Below are positions 9,787 through 19,896 of a DNA stretch of 64,000 nucleotides, piece by piece (position 1 is the first letter of the stretch; every line of letters begins with the position of its first letter). The stretch lies in the NCBI GenBank assembly GCA_041223685.1, contig JBCLQR010000015.1; one strand, 5' to 3'. Under the pieces are notes generated by a model. The model ran no database searches, was not told the DNA's origin, and saw nothing but the letters and a program-made list of their open reading frames with translations. The DNA is from Lachnospiraceae bacterium 62-26. GTDB lineage: Bacteria > Bacillota > Clostridia > Lachnospirales > Lachnospiraceae. The position numbers and the translations under genes were made by a program.

Positions 9787-11647
9787 TAAAATGTTAGAAG
9801 GCAGGGGAATGCTGTGGATACACAAAGCAATCCTGGTTGCGGTTCTGGATGCACTGTTTGTGGTGATATCCTATGGATTAGCATTGATCCTTCGATTTGA
9901 TTTCATATTTTCCCGTATTCCCGAATCCTACCGGAGTGGTTATCTGTGGTCGATGCCGTTTTGGATTGCAGCTACAATTGTAGTATTTTATATTTTCAAG
10001 CTTTATCATAGTATCTGGAGTCTGGCCAGCATCTCGGAATTGCAGATGAGTGTTGCGGCATATCTGGTATTGGTCCCGGTATATGCGTCAGGCGCTATGT
10101 TCATGCGCCTGAAGATGCCGAGAGGCTATTATTTTATGGGGTATGTGATCTGCTTTTGTATGACGACAGCGATGAGGTTTTCCTATCGGTTTCTGAGAAC
10201 GTATCTTGGGAACAGAGAGGCTGTGAGTGAGAATGACCAGGACCGTATCATGGTGATCGGCGGCGGCGCCGCAGGTCAGACGTTGATCAGGGAACTGGTT
10301 AACAGCAGGAAGCTGCATACGAAGGTATGCTGTGTCATAGATGATAATCCCAACAAACTGGGCAGAGTTCTTGAGGGGATCCCTATTGTCGGAAACCGCA
10401 ATGATATCCTTGCCATGGTAAAGAAATACAGGGTGAATCACATTATATACGCGATTCCGGCGACGACAGGAAAGAATCAGAAGGATATTCTGAATATCTG
10501 TAAAGAGACTTCCTGTAAGCTTCAGACTGTGCCGGGGGTATATCAGCTGGTCAATGGAGAGGTGAGCGTCAGCAAGCTTCGGGATGTAGATATCTCAGAC
10601 TTGCTGGGAAGAGCGCAGGTTAAGGTCAATAACGATGAGATATTCAAGGCCATCCAGGGGCGCACGATCATGGTTACCGGAGGAGGAGGCTCTATCGGGA
10701 GCGAGCTTTGCCGGCAGATTGCCAAGGCTAATCCGGGTAAGCTGATCATCTTCGATATCTATGAGAATAACGCATATGAGATCCAGCAGGAGCTTAGACG
10801 GGCTTATCCGCAGCTTGAGCTGATAGTGCTGATCGGCTCTGTGCGTAACAGCAACCGGATCAATCAGGTTATGCATACCTATAAACCGGAGGTCGTATAT
10901 CATGCCGCGGCACATAAGCATGTACCGCTGATGGAAGACAGTCCGAATGAAGCGATCAAGAACAATGTAATGGGCACCTATAAAGCTGCGGCGGCGGCCG
11001 CGAAGACAGGTGTGAAGAAGTTCGTCCTTATCTCGACGGATAAGGCTGTGAATCCTACCAATATTATGGGAGCTTCTAAGCGTCTGTGTGAGATGGTCGT
11101 ACAGATGATGAACCGTAAGACACAGACTGAGTTCGTGGCTGTACGATTCGGTAATGTACTTGGAAGTAACGGCAGTGTGATCCCGCTCTTTAAGAAGCAG
11201 ATTGCACAGGGCGGACCTGTGACTGTCACAGACAAGAATATCATACGTTATTTTATGACGATACCAGAAGCTGTATCGTTGGTGCTGCAAGCATCCTACT
11301 ATGCACAGGGGGGAGAGATTTTCGTCCTGGATATGGGAGATCCTGTGAGGATTGACGATATGGCAAGGAACCTGATACGACTGTCAGGCTATATACCGGA
11401 TGTGGACATCCCGATCATATATACCGGGCTCAGGCCCGGCGAGAAGCTGTACGAAGAGCTTCTGATGGATGAGGAAGGACTTCAGGATACAGCGAATGAG
11501 ATGATCCATATCGGGCATCCGATAGAGATGGATGATGAGTTGTTCGAAGAGAAGCTCAGACTTCTTGACAAGGCGAGCAGACAGGATTCTGCAAGGATCA
11601 AGGAGATTGTGGCGGAGATTGTGCCTACTTATCATTACACTAAGTAG
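9782..11647 (+). CDS. CapD/PglF/WbpM-like membrane-bound nucleotide-sugar 4,6-dehydratase (polysaccharide biosynthesis protein)
   Basis: 621 aa; 4 N-terminal TM helices, Rossmann GxGxxG motifs (VIGGGAAGQT; VTGGGGSIGSEL), YxxxK-type SDR epimerase/dehydratase core (AAAHKHV, ISTDKAVNPTNIMGASKR). Confidence 0.9.
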   Translation: MNKMLEGRGMLWIHKAILVAVLDALFVVISYGLALILRFDFIFSRIPESYRSGYLWSMPFWIAATIVVFYIFKLYHSIWSLASISELQMSVAAYLVLVPVYASGAMFMRLKMPRGYYFMGYVICFCMTTAMRFSYRFLRTYLGNREAVSENDQDRIMVIGGGAAGQTLIRELVNSRKLHTKVCCVIDDNPNKLGRVLEGIPIVGNRNDILAMVKKYRVNHIIYAIPATTGKNQKDILNICKETSCKLQTVPGVYQLVNGEVSVSKLRDVDISDLLGRAQVKVNNDEIFKAIQGRTIMVTGGGGSIGSELCRQIAKANPGKLIIFDIYENNAYEIQQELRRAYPQLELIVLIGSVRNSNRINQVMHTYKPEVVYHAAAHKHVPLMEDSPNEAIKNNVMGTYKAAAAAAKTGVKKFVLISTDKAVNPTNIMGASKRLCEMVVQMMNRKTQTEFVAVRFGNVLGSNGSVIPLFKKQIAQGGPVTVTDKNIIRYFMTIPEAVSLVLQASYYAQGGEIFVLDMGDPVRIDDMARNLIRLSGYIPDVDIPIIYTGLRPGEKLYEELLMDEEGLQDTANEMIHIGHPIEMDDELFEEKLRLLDKASRQDSARIKEIVAEIVPTYHYTK

Positions 11648-11716
11648 GATCAGGCTTAAGCAGGATTAGAGGCTCAGGAAAGAATCAGAAACGTATCTGC
11701 GGAGAATGGAGGGCTT

Positions 11717-12541
11717 ATGGAGAAGACCTTATATGTAACCGACTTAGACGGCACGTTACTGAACAGGCAGGAACAGATCGATCCAAAGAGTATTCAGGTC
11801 ATCAATGATCTGGTAGAAGCGGGTATGATATTCACCTATGCGACGGCGAGATCATTTACCTCCGCATCCATTGTCACGCGGGGGTTGACCACGGACATTC
11901 CTGTGATCGCATATAACGGTGCATTTATTCTTAATCCGTCTACCGGCGAGATCTTATCCAGAGAAAGCTTCTGTAAAGAAGAGATGGACCAGGTAAGGGA
12001 TGCATTGGAGCGGATTGATGTCTGTCCGCTGGTCTACTCTTTTGTGGAGGGCGTGGAGAAGGTTTCATGGATCGTATCCAGGGAGAATGAGGGGATCCGC
12101 AGATACCTGGATAACCGGAAAGGCGACAGACGGCTGCGCCCGGTTACATCTAAGGAAGAATTGTATCAGGGAGATATGTTCTATTTTAGCTGTATCGGAG
12201 AGCAGGAGGAGATACAGCCGGTGTATGATATCTTCTCAAAAGACGCTAGATTCCGTTGTACCTTTCAGCAGGAGCTTTATCGGCCGGAATACTGGTGCGA
12301 GATCATGCCGGCGAAGGTATCGAAAGCAGAGGCAGTCCAGAAGCTTAAGCAGATCAAGGGATGTGACAGGGTGGTATCTTTTGGAGACGCAGTTAACGAT
12401 ATCCCCATGTTCGAGATATCCGACGAATGCTATGCGGTAGAGAATGCGGTGGACGAGCTTAAGGCGGCCGCTGACGGAGTGATAGACAGTAACGAGGAGA
12501 ACGGCGTTGCGAAGTGGCTTAAGGAGCATGTAGTGATATGA
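11717..12541 (+). CDS. Cof-type HAD-IIB family hydrolase
   Basis: 274 aa; motif I LYVTDLDGTLL at N-terminus, C-terminal SFGDAVNDIPMF motif IV. Confidence 0.85.
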   Translation: MEKTLYVTDLDGTLLNRQEQIDPKSIQVINDLVEAGMIFTYATARSFTSASIVTRGLTTDIPVIAYNGAFILNPSTGEILSRESFCKEEMDQVRDALERIDVCPLVYSFVEGVEKVSWIVSRENEGIRRYLDNRKGDRRLRPVTSKEELYQGDMFYFSCIGEQEEIQPVYDIFSKDARFRCTFQQELYRPEYWCEIMPAKVSKAEAVQKLKQIKGCDRVVSFGDAVNDIPMFEISDECYAVENAVDELKAAADGVIDSNEENGVAKWLKEHVVI

Positions 12542-12600
12542 TATATGCCGGCGTTCATACAGAATATACAGCATACAGATGAGAAGATAATCCATTACAG

Positions 12601-12644
12601 GGATGTTGCAGAATTCAGAGATGATTTTTGCAACATCCTTTTTT
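12601..12644 (+). terminator. Rho-independent terminator after the Cof hydrolase gene
   Basis: Perfect 10-bp stem GGATGTTGCA / TGCAACATCC with 18-nt loop followed by TTTTTT (12639-12644). Confidence 0.6.
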
Positions 12645-12710
12645 AGATCTTCTATCTTAGACACCAGACGAATCATATTCTTGTCAGATTATTGGAAATG
12701 ACATGAGAAA

Positions 12711-12736
12711 GGGCAGAAAGCTGATGCTTTCTGCCC
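12711..12736 (-). terminator. Hairpin terminator for the minus-strand M20 amidohydrolase gene
   Basis: 11-bp perfect stem GGGCAGAAAGC / GCTTTCTGCCC with 4-nt loop, 15 nt past the gene stop; U-rich tail (UUUCUCAU) on the minus-strand transcript. Confidence 0.4.
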
Positions 12737-12751
12737 GCAGGGGGACAATAT

Positions 12752-13936
12752 TTATCGGTTTAAAAACCTTTCTACTATTTCAACAAATAGAGCAGATCCT
12801 TTGTACAATACGTCTTCATCAATGTTAAACTTTGGATTATGATGTGGAACGTCTGTATGTTTCTCTGCATCTGACGAACTGAGGAAGCAGAATGCTCCGG
12901 GTGCCTTCTGGAGATAATATGCGAAATCTTCTCCGCCCATATTCGGAGCTGGAATGGAGACGATAACATGCTCCCCGCCAGCAATATCTCTGGCCGCATC
13001 GGCCGCCAGTGCTGCCATCTCGTCATGATTCACGACCGGAGGCGCGCCCCAGTCAATCTCTACTTCGGCGCGGCCTCCGAAAGCGGCCGCCACGCCGCAG
13101 GCAATCTCCTGGATACGTTTTGCCTGATACTGTCTTATGTCTTCTTCCAGTGCTCGGATTGTTCCTTCAATCGTTACAGTTTCAGGGATAACATTATATA
13201 CATTACCGCCGTGTACGGAACCAATGGTGGTAACTGCGGGCTTTGTCGCGGCAATTTCTCTTGCAATGATCTCTTCCAGAGAGATTACAATGTGAGAGGC
13301 AATGTTGATCGGATCAACACCTTTTTCCGGTGATGAACCATGGCAGCCCTTTCCGTGTACCCTGATCACAAATCGGTCAAAGGAAGCCATACAGCATCCG
13401 GGTACGACGATAATAGTTCCCGATGGAGCGGTCTTGTCAATGATCGTGCCGATATGCTGTCCGAATACAGCATCCACGCCGTCCATCGCTCCGTCCTCGA
13501 TCATGATCTGGGCGCCTTTTGACAATTCTTCTGCTGTCTGGAACAGAAGCCGGACATTTCCGCATAATTCTTCCTTATGACTGCATAGCACCCTGGCCGC
13601 GCCAAGGAGCATTGCCGTGTGGGCGTCGTGTCCACAGGCGTGCATACATCCTTCATGAGTGGAAATGTAATCCACTCCGGTTGCTTCCTGTATGGCAAGT
13701 GCGTCCATGTCTGCACGAAGTGCAACGGTCCTGCCCGGCCTGCCTCCGGTGATATCTGCGATAATACTGCTGTCAGTTTTCGAACAGCGGTAAGGGATTC
13801 CAAGCTTTTCCAGTTCTTTTATTACGTATTGCTGTGTCTTTGGAAGCATCTTACCAACCTCCGGAATTTGGTGCAGTTCTCTTCTCATCTGAACCAGTCC
13901 GTCCTGCAATGCTTCGCATTCTTTCCACAAATTCAT
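12752..13936 (-). CDS. M20D family amidohydrolase (N-acyl-L-amino acid amidohydrolase/hippurate hydrolase-like)
   Basis: ORF-track frame; start moved to ATG at 13936 (MNLWKE..) which has GGGAGGATATCAGA RBS; motifs VALRADMDAL, CGHDAHTAM, M20 dimerisation region. Confidence 0.85.
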   Translation of the reverse strand: MNLWKECEALQDGLVQMRRELHQIPEVGKMLPKTQQYVIKELEKLGIPYRCSKTDSSIIADITGGRPGRTVALRADMDALAIQEATGVDYISTHEGCMHACGHDAHTAMLLGAARVLCSHKEELCGNVRLLFQTAEELSKGAQIMIEDGAMDGVDAVFGQHIGTIIDKTAPSGTIIVVPGCCMASFDRFVIRVHGKGCHGSSPEKGVDPINIASHIVISLEEIIAREIAATKPAVTTIGSVHGGNVYNVIPETVTIEGTIRALEEDIRQYQAKRIQEIACGVAAAFGGRAEVEIDWGAPPVVNHDEMAALAADAARDIAGGEHVIVSIPAPNMGGEDFAYYLQKAPGAFCFLSSSDAEKHTDVPHHNPKFNIDEDVLYKGSALFVEIVERFLNR

Positions 13937-13964
13937 TCTGATATCCTCCCAATCCAATATAAGC

Positions 13965-14633
13965 CTATGCTTTTTTATTTTCACGTGTGTATAATACTCT
14001 TGCCCATGCAAGGCTTCCGAATACTGCGACTACAATAAGGATCCATGCCTGAGGTGCAATCGTATATTTTAAGATCAGCGGCACACCTATTCCAAATACT
14101 GCCACCTTCGGGTATTTCAGCGCATATGTCGCGAAAGTGGCGCCGAAGATTGCGGACGCAGCGTATTTTGTAAGTCCGGCAACGATAAATTCCGGAAGAA
14201 CGGCCACTATGGTCGCACCTAAGAATACAGCCGCCGTTGTCGCAACGAGATTAGTGATGATCGAACCGCAGATCGCCATAGTAGAGACGACCTCAGCCTG
14301 GATGGAGCCGGTCTCGCTGTCAGTTACTTCAAGTGCCATCGTCGCACAGGGTACACGCATATTCCCGATATTACCCGACAGAAAACTCAGATATGTTCCC
14401 GTCATACCAAGTGCCGCATAGTAAGATACAGGTTCTACTACATAGAACGCTCCAAAAGATAATGCGACCATTCCCCAACCGGCCAGCACAACCTTTGGAT
14501 CCGGCCAGCAATCATATGTAATACACAGCCAGACAGCCGGCAGAAATGCGGTAAACGCCGCAAGGAGATTTGTTGGGGAGCCAATCCGTATACTTCCCCT
14601 TTTCCATTCCTTCATCAAACTCTTATTATCCAT
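13965..14633 (-). CDS. Polytopic membrane protein, likely transporter subunit co-operonic with the M20 amidohydrolase
   Basis: 222 aa, about 6 hydrophobic helices; stops 28 nt before the amidohydrolase start on the same strand. Confidence 0.6.
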   Translation of the reverse strand: MDNKSLMKEWKRGSIRIGSPTNLLAAFTAFLPAVWLCITYDCWPDPKVVLAGWGMVALSFGAFYVVEPVSYYAALGMTGTYLSFLSGNIGNMRVPCATMALEVTDSETGSIQAEVVSTMAICGSIITNLVATTAAVFLGATIVAVLPEFIVAGLTKYAASAIFGATFATYALKYPKVAVFGIGVPLILKYTIAPQAWILIVVAVFGSLAWARVLYTRENKKA

Positions 14634-14644
14634 TTCCTTCCCTC

Positions 14645-15355
14645 CTATATGCCTGCCGTCATGTCATAGATAATTCCGCACGCCATTCCGAGAATCATCG
14701 CCATTCCCAAAGTATATTCTTTGATTTTCGGATATTTCGGTACTACAAATTTTTGCAGAAGGGCCATAGAGATGATACCGCCGATAACTGCCGATGCATT
14801 TCCAATGCCCTTCGCAATGTCGTTCGCGTTCAGGTAACCGAAAATACCGATGGAACATGCTCCGCTTAATGCAACCAGCCACTTCGAATCACCGCCGGAC
14901 ATCTTATCGCGGACCTTCTCGAGCGCCGGTGTAAAGCAGCCTGTCACAACCAGCCATCCGGCTCCGTTAAGCGCCATGACGAACCAGGTGATTGCCATCA
15001 CATTCAGCGTAAAGCCGGCACCCCCAAGTTCTGCTCCGGCCGCTTCCGCCCCCAGGGTTGCGGCCGTAAGCTCTGTAGGCGCCGCACCAATAATGGAAAG
15101 ACGCATCCACGCCATCGGCCCGCCGATAGAAGACATAAGTCCTACCATTACGATGAACACGCCAAGGGCAGGCCCGATTGCCGAGATAAGGCCGACACGG
15201 AAAGCCTGCTTTGGAACCGCTGCCGGGATATTTGCCTTAACCGTCATTTTCCGGGCCATTCTGATATAAAGAACAGCCTGTAGAAGGGCGATTACCACCG
15301 TGACTCCGCACAGGAGGTACACGGTAAGTGAGTTTGAGATTTTTACATAATCCAT
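14645..15355 (-). CDS. Polytopic membrane protein, second putative transporter subunit
   Basis: 236 aa, Gly/Ala-rich helices; first gene of the minus-strand operon, divergent from the PucR-family regulator. Confidence 0.6.
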   Translation of the reverse strand: MDYVKISNSLTVYLLCGVTVVIALLQAVLYIRMARKMTVKANIPAAVPKQAFRVGLISAIGPALGVFIVMVGLMSSIGGPMAWMRLSIIGAAPTELTAATLGAEAAGAELGGAGFTLNVMAITWFVMALNGAGWLVVTGCFTPALEKVRDKMSGGDSKWLVALSGACSIGIFGYLNANDIAKGIGNASAVIGGIISMALLQKFVVPKYPKIKEYTLGMAMILGMACGIIYDMTAGI

Positions 15356-15597
15356 AAATTCCTCTCTCCTTTGTATTTTTGTTACTTAATAGTCTAGCAC
15401 TGGAATGATTCAAAATATATATGCCTGCGGGCTAAAGCCGTCCCTTTGAATTTGTATATGAAAACTGTTTTTTATATTTATCGTACAATTTTTGTGCTTT
15501 CATTTTATATCACAGGTACAAGTACATAATTTTTAAAATGTTTTATAATATATCTAACATATAAAAATATTAAGGTTGAGGAAAGGAAATATTTTTA

Positions 15598-17229
15598 ATG
15601 ACAGTTTATGAGTTATTACAGGTCCCGTCATTGTCAGGATTCAAGGTGATATCAGGAGAACTGGGGCTTCACCGGAAGATATCCACGGTTACGGTGATCG
15701 ATACGCCCGACGGATTTAACTGGCTGAACGGCAACGAGGTAGTGATCACGACTACTTATGCGTTCAGAGACAGCGACGCTTCCTTCTGTGAGTTTGTGGA
15801 AAAGCTGATTTCACGCAACGCCAGCGCGTTGTTTGTCAAGACGGGGCGCTATCTGAAGGAAGTGCCTAAGAGAGCCATCGACCTGTCTGATGCATGTGAT
15901 TTTCCACTCATTTTCTGTCCGGGGAAATATTCCTTTGCAGACATTATCACGCCTGCGCTGTCCAGCATTATCGTCAGTCAGGCTGCGGAACTTAAGGAAG
16001 CAAGTCTTATCCATGAGAAGTTCACAACTCTGGCAATCAATGACAATACCATACCAGAGATCCTAAAGGCTTTAAGTTCACTGATCCACCGCCCCACGGC
16101 CTACGTAGATACGGTGTTTAAGAATATATATTTTTCAGACAATACGCAGCCTGAATTCCTGTCTCTGCGAAGTCTGTCCTACAGTGAGAGTCTGTCTAAG
16201 CTCGCAGAGACAGAGGATTTTGAACAGTTTACCGTCAATAATAAGAAGCGCCGGTTCGGCTATATATTTATCCTCAGGGAACAGAAAGAATCGGCGGAGA
16301 AAAGTGAGTGGGAGAACAGTATATTTAAGACTGCGGTTGAGAATGCGGGTGTTGTTATCATTCTGCGGATGCAGGTGCTCATCAGTACGAACCTTATCGA
16401 AGAGAAGTATAATTCTTCTTTTGTTGAGGATCTGATGTTCCACAATGTTAAGACGCGGGAAGAGATCCAGACCAGATCTCTGCTCTACGGATGGAATCTA
16501 AGCGGCGGCGGGTGTGTGGTTATCATAGATATCAATAATATCAAAAAGCATTATTTACAGAAACTGGATTCAGATACGAATAATAAGCTGCGGACGTACA
16601 CAGAGCACATATTTGATACGTCTATCTCCTGTATGACACGCTCCTTTTCAAATGCAAAATACTATCAGCAGAGCGACTTTATATCATTTCTCCTTCCGGG
16701 AAAGGAAGCTGCGTCTGCCAGACCGGTACTTGAGAAGGTATTTTCAGAACTGCGGGGGAATCTTGCAGGCAGTGTTCCCTTTACTGTTTCAATGGCTGTA
16801 GGGGCATATATTGACGATGTGATCAATATTCATCAGAGTTTTGAGCAGGCGAAGAATGTTATACAGATTATCTACCAGCTTCAGCGGTTTGACTGTATCA
16901 TGTTTTACGAGCAGCTGGGTATATTCAAGGTTTTGTTTTCCGTTTCGGATCAGGAGGAGGCGGTTGAATTTTGCAGAAAATATATTGCGCCGTTAAAAGA
17001 ATATGACAGACAGCATAATTCTACGCTGATAGAAACATTGCAGGTGATTGTAAACTGTGGATGGAATATAAAGGCGGCTTCGGAGCAATTGTTTATACAT
17101 TATAACTCAGCAAAATATCGGTTTAATAAAATCTGCGAGATACTTGAAATGGATCTGCATGACGCGACGCTTCACACAGAGATTGATCTGGCGCTCAAGA
17201 TATATATGATACGGAATAAAAATGTATAG
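15598..17229 (+). CDS. PucR family transcriptional regulator (purine-catabolism-regulator-like, C-terminal HTH)
   Basis: 543 aa; PucR-type N-terminal domain (..TVIDTPDGFNWLNGNEVVITTTYAF..), GGDEF-like middle, C-terminal HTH (LQVIVNCGWNIKAASEQLFIHYNSAKYRFNKICEIL). Confidence 0.85.
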   Translation: MTVYELLQVPSLSGFKVISGELGLHRKISTVTVIDTPDGFNWLNGNEVVITTTYAFRDSDASFCEFVEKLISRNASALFVKTGRYLKEVPKRAIDLSDACDFPLIFCPGKYSFADIITPALSSIIVSQAAELKEASLIHEKFTTLAINDNTIPEILKALSSLIHRPTAYVDTVFKNIYFSDNTQPEFLSLRSLSYSESLSKLAETEDFEQFTVNNKKRRFGYIFILREQKESAEKSEWENSIFKTAVENAGVVIILRMQVLISTNLIEEKYNSSFVEDLMFHNVKTREEIQTRSLLYGWNLSGGGCVVIIDINNIKKHYLQKLDSDTNNKLRTYTEHIFDTSISCMTRSFSNAKYYQQSDFISFLLPGKEAASARPVLEKVFSELRGNLAGSVPFTVSMAVGAYIDDVINIHQSFEQAKNVIQIIYQLQRFDCIMFYEQLGIFKVLFSVSDQEEAVEFCRKYIAPLKEYDRQHNSTLIETLQVIVNCGWNIKAASEQLFIHYNSAKYRFNKICEILEMDLHDATLHTEIDLALKIYMIRNKNV

Positions 17230-17236
17230 TGATAAT

Positions 17237-17283
17237 GGGAAGACGGCTGACTCAGGGAAGATATCTCTGAACAACCGTCTCCC
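17237..17283. terminator. Weak imperfect hairpin between convergent PucR and oxidoreductase genes
   Basis: GGGAAGACGG (17237-17246) pairs with CCGTCTCCC (17275-17283), 28-nt loop; plus AU-rich palindrome CAAAAAGATTTTTTG nearby. Confidence 0.25.
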
Positions 17284-17325
17284 AAATACTGTTAAGCTAT
17301 GCAAAAAGATTTTTTGGCAGGCGTG

Positions 17326-19896
17326 CTAACAAGTGGCGCCCCCGACTACATTTTTCTCAAGAATCTGCTTCTTATCAATCCTGCTGTTCAGCAGTTTATC
17401 CTGTACGTAGTCGAATCCAAGCCTTGCGACGGTATCTGCAAAGCGTTCTCCGGAAATACCCTCATCACGGAAGAACAGGATCGCGTTTTCGACCAGATCA
17501 AGAACTTCTTCTTCTGTGGCAAAAACCTTATCTAACGCGCGTCCTTCGGCGGCCTTCTTGCCCCAGCGTCCTCCTATGTAGACCTTATAGCCGGTCAGAG
17601 CTTCTGTTACCGCGCCAAACGGGCATCTGTCGATACAGCGTCCGCAATGGTTGCACTGATCCGGAGCGATACGAAGTTTACTGTCCTCTACACTGGCGAT
17701 CTTGATCGGACAGCTGTTCTGAACCTGGCAGGTCTTACAGCCTTTACATTTGGACAGATCGATCTCCGGCAGACGCTGGCCGATGATCCCGAGATCGTTC
17801 AGGTCCGGTTTTACACAGTTATTCGGACATCCGCCCACGGCAATCTTGAATTTATGAGGCAGAGACACATGGTGATAGCCAGTGTAATACAGGTCGTGCA
17901 GTTTCTCGGAGAGTGCGAAGGTGTCTATAAGGCCGTACTGGCAGGTCGTGCCTTTACAGGATACCACCGGACGCACTTTGGAGCCGGTTCCGCCGGTCTT
18001 AAGTCCGGCTTCCTCAAGGAAGGCAAAGAGCGGTTCCAGATTGTCATAGTTAACGCCCTGTATCTCAAGAGTAAGACGGGTGGTCATTGTGACTTCGCCG
18101 GAGCCGAATCTCTCGGCCGCCTGCGCAACCTTCATCTGTTCTTCTGAGGTCAGCTTACCGTTCCGGGTGATGACGCGGACGTTGAACACATCATCATACC
18201 GCTTATCTTGCAGGCATCCCAGCCCCTTAACGCGCTTGATCTCATCGGCAGACAGCTTTTTGCCGTCACGGGGTACTTTTACATCATTGAAGAACGCTCC
18301 GCCCTCCAGGACCTTTGTGCCGGTATAGCCGTAAGCTTTCAGGCGGTTCTGTAGAAAATAGCCTCTCTTGCCCTTTGCACACACGAGCAGAAGCTTTGCA
18401 TCTTTTGGGAGTCCGTCGATCGGGGCGTTGACAGAAGCCAGATCGATCCAGCGCGCGTTAGGAAGCGCCGGGGAGGGTTGTACATCCAGTACGGTATATC
18501 CCTTTGCCATGCCGGCCGCATATTCAGCCGGGCTCATAGACTCAAGCAGTCCGTCGATCTTATTTTCCAGGATATAGCACGCAGAGACGAACGGATGGAT
18601 CGCGGTGGAAAATGGCGGTGCATATGCAAAATCGAGGGTATCAAAGTCGTCAAGCTTCATACCCTGAGAGATTCCCACAACGGCGGTATCTGTGATCTTA
18701 TCTACGGCGCCCGGGCCAAATACCTGGATGCCGAGGAGCTTCCTGGTGGAGGTCTCGGCGGTCAGCTTGATAACAAAGGATGAAGCGCCTGGATAGTAGT
18801 GGGCCTTGTCATCCAGCACACAGGTCACAGAGGCCGTGTCATAGCCGGCAGATTTTGCCTGTGCTTCTGTAAGACCGGTACGTCCGCCGTTCAGAGAAGG
18901 AAGCAGACGGACAACGCCGGTTCCAAGGCATCCGCCGTATCCGTATCCTGCGCCGTTCAGGGATTTGGCCATGGCACGTGCCGCCAGGTTGGCGGTAGAG
19001 CCCATGGCGGACCACTGGTCTTTGCCGGTCTGGGCATTCTTCACCATAGCGCAGTCGCCAACGGCATAGACATCCGGCAGGTTTGTCTTCATCCGGCTGT
19101 CCACAAGGATGGTTCCTTTGAACATCTCAATTCCGGAATCGTTAAGGAATGCAGTCGCCGGACGGACGCCGATCGCCATGATCACGAGATCTGCGGCGAA
19201 GGTGCCGTTATTGGTGATCACCTTCTCGGCTTTGCCGTTCCCTTCGATTCTCTCAAGAGCGGCGGAGGTCAGCACGCGCATACCGGCCGCTTTGAGCTGC
19301 CTCCTGGCGTAGTCTGCCATCTCCTCATCGAAAGCGTTAGGCATAATCTGAGGTGCGGCGTCGATGGTGGTTACCTCAAGGCCGAGAGCCATCAGGTTTT
19401 CAGCCGCTTCAAGGCCGATAAAGCCAGCCCCGCAGACAACGGCTTTACGGCATTTCTGCTCCTGTGCATAAGCCCGTACATTTACCGCGTCATCAGGGGT
19501 GCGCACGCAGAATACGCCGGGAAGGTCTCTTCCTTCTACCGGCGGAACAAAAGGCACGGCGCCGGTTGCGATGATCAGTTTGTCATAGTCCTCTGTGAAT
19601 GTCCCGCCGGAGGCTTTTTTGAAAGAGACGGTCTTGCCGGCGCTGTCAATGCCGACGGCTTCGCATCCTGTAAATACCTCGACGCCGGTTAATCCCGAAT
19701 AGCGCGTTGGCGTGTTGACGATCAGGGCTTCTCGGGTTGGGATATCCCCGCCGATATAATAGGGAAGTCCGCAGCCTGCGTAGGAGATATCCCCGCCTTT
19801 CGTGTAGACCTTGACCTGAGCGTTCCTGTCACAGCGTTTCAGCTTGGCGGCCGCTTTTGTTCCGGCAGCGACGCCGCCTAGAATTACATACTTCAT
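17326..19896 (-). CDS. Multidomain redox enzyme: FAD pyridine-nucleotide disulfide oxidoreductase (CoA-disulfide/persulfide reductase-like) + rhodanese + nitrite/sulfite-reductase-type siroheme/4Fe-4S ferredoxin domain
   Basis: Start moved to ATG 19896 (MKYVILGGVAAG.., RBS AAAGGAGAA). N-terminus GGxAAG FAD fold with redox Cys in YAGCGLPYY; mid rhodanese with active Cys LLLVCAKGKR; C-terminus VSCKGTTCQ..GGCPNNC (sulfite/nitrite reductase Cys motif) and two ferredoxin CxxCxxCxxxCP motifs. Confidence 0.8.
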   Translation of the reverse strand: MKYVILGGVAAGTKAAAKLKRCDRNAQVKVYTKGGDISYAGCGLPYYIGGDIPTREALIVNTPTRYSGLTGVEVFTGCEAVGIDSAGKTVSFKKASGGTFTEDYDKLIIATGAVPFVPPVEGRDLPGVFCVRTPDDAVNVRAYAQEQKCRKAVVCGAGFIGLEAAENLMALGLEVTTIDAAPQIMPNAFDEEMADYARRQLKAAGMRVLTSAALERIEGNGKAEKVITNNGTFAADLVIMAIGVRPATAFLNDSGIEMFKGTILVDSRMKTNLPDVYAVGDCAMVKNAQTGKDQWSAMGSTANLAARAMAKSLNGAGYGYGGCLGTGVVRLLPSLNGGRTGLTEAQAKSAGYDTASVTCVLDDKAHYYPGASSFVIKLTAETSTRKLLGIQVFGPGAVDKITDTAVVGISQGMKLDDFDTLDFAYAPPFSTAIHPFVSACYILENKIDGLLESMSPAEYAAGMAKGYTVLDVQPSPALPNARWIDLASVNAPIDGLPKDAKLLLVCAKGKRGYFLQNRLKAYGYTGTKVLEGGAFFNDVKVPRDGKKLSADEIKRVKGLGCLQDKRYDDVFNVRVITRNGKLTSEEQMKVAQAAERFGSGEVTMTTRLTLEIQGVNYDNLEPLFAFLEEAGLKTGGTGSKVRPVVSCKGTTCQYGLIDTFALSEKLHDLYYTGYHHVSLPHKFKIAVGGCPNNCVKPDLNDLGIIGQRLPEIDLSKCKGCKTCQVQNSCPIKIASVEDSKLRIAPDQCNHCGRCIDRCPFGAVTEALTGYKVYIGGRWGKKAAEGRALDKVFATEEEVLDLVENAILFFRDEGISGERFADTVARLGFDYVQDKLLNSRIDKKQILEKNVVGGATC

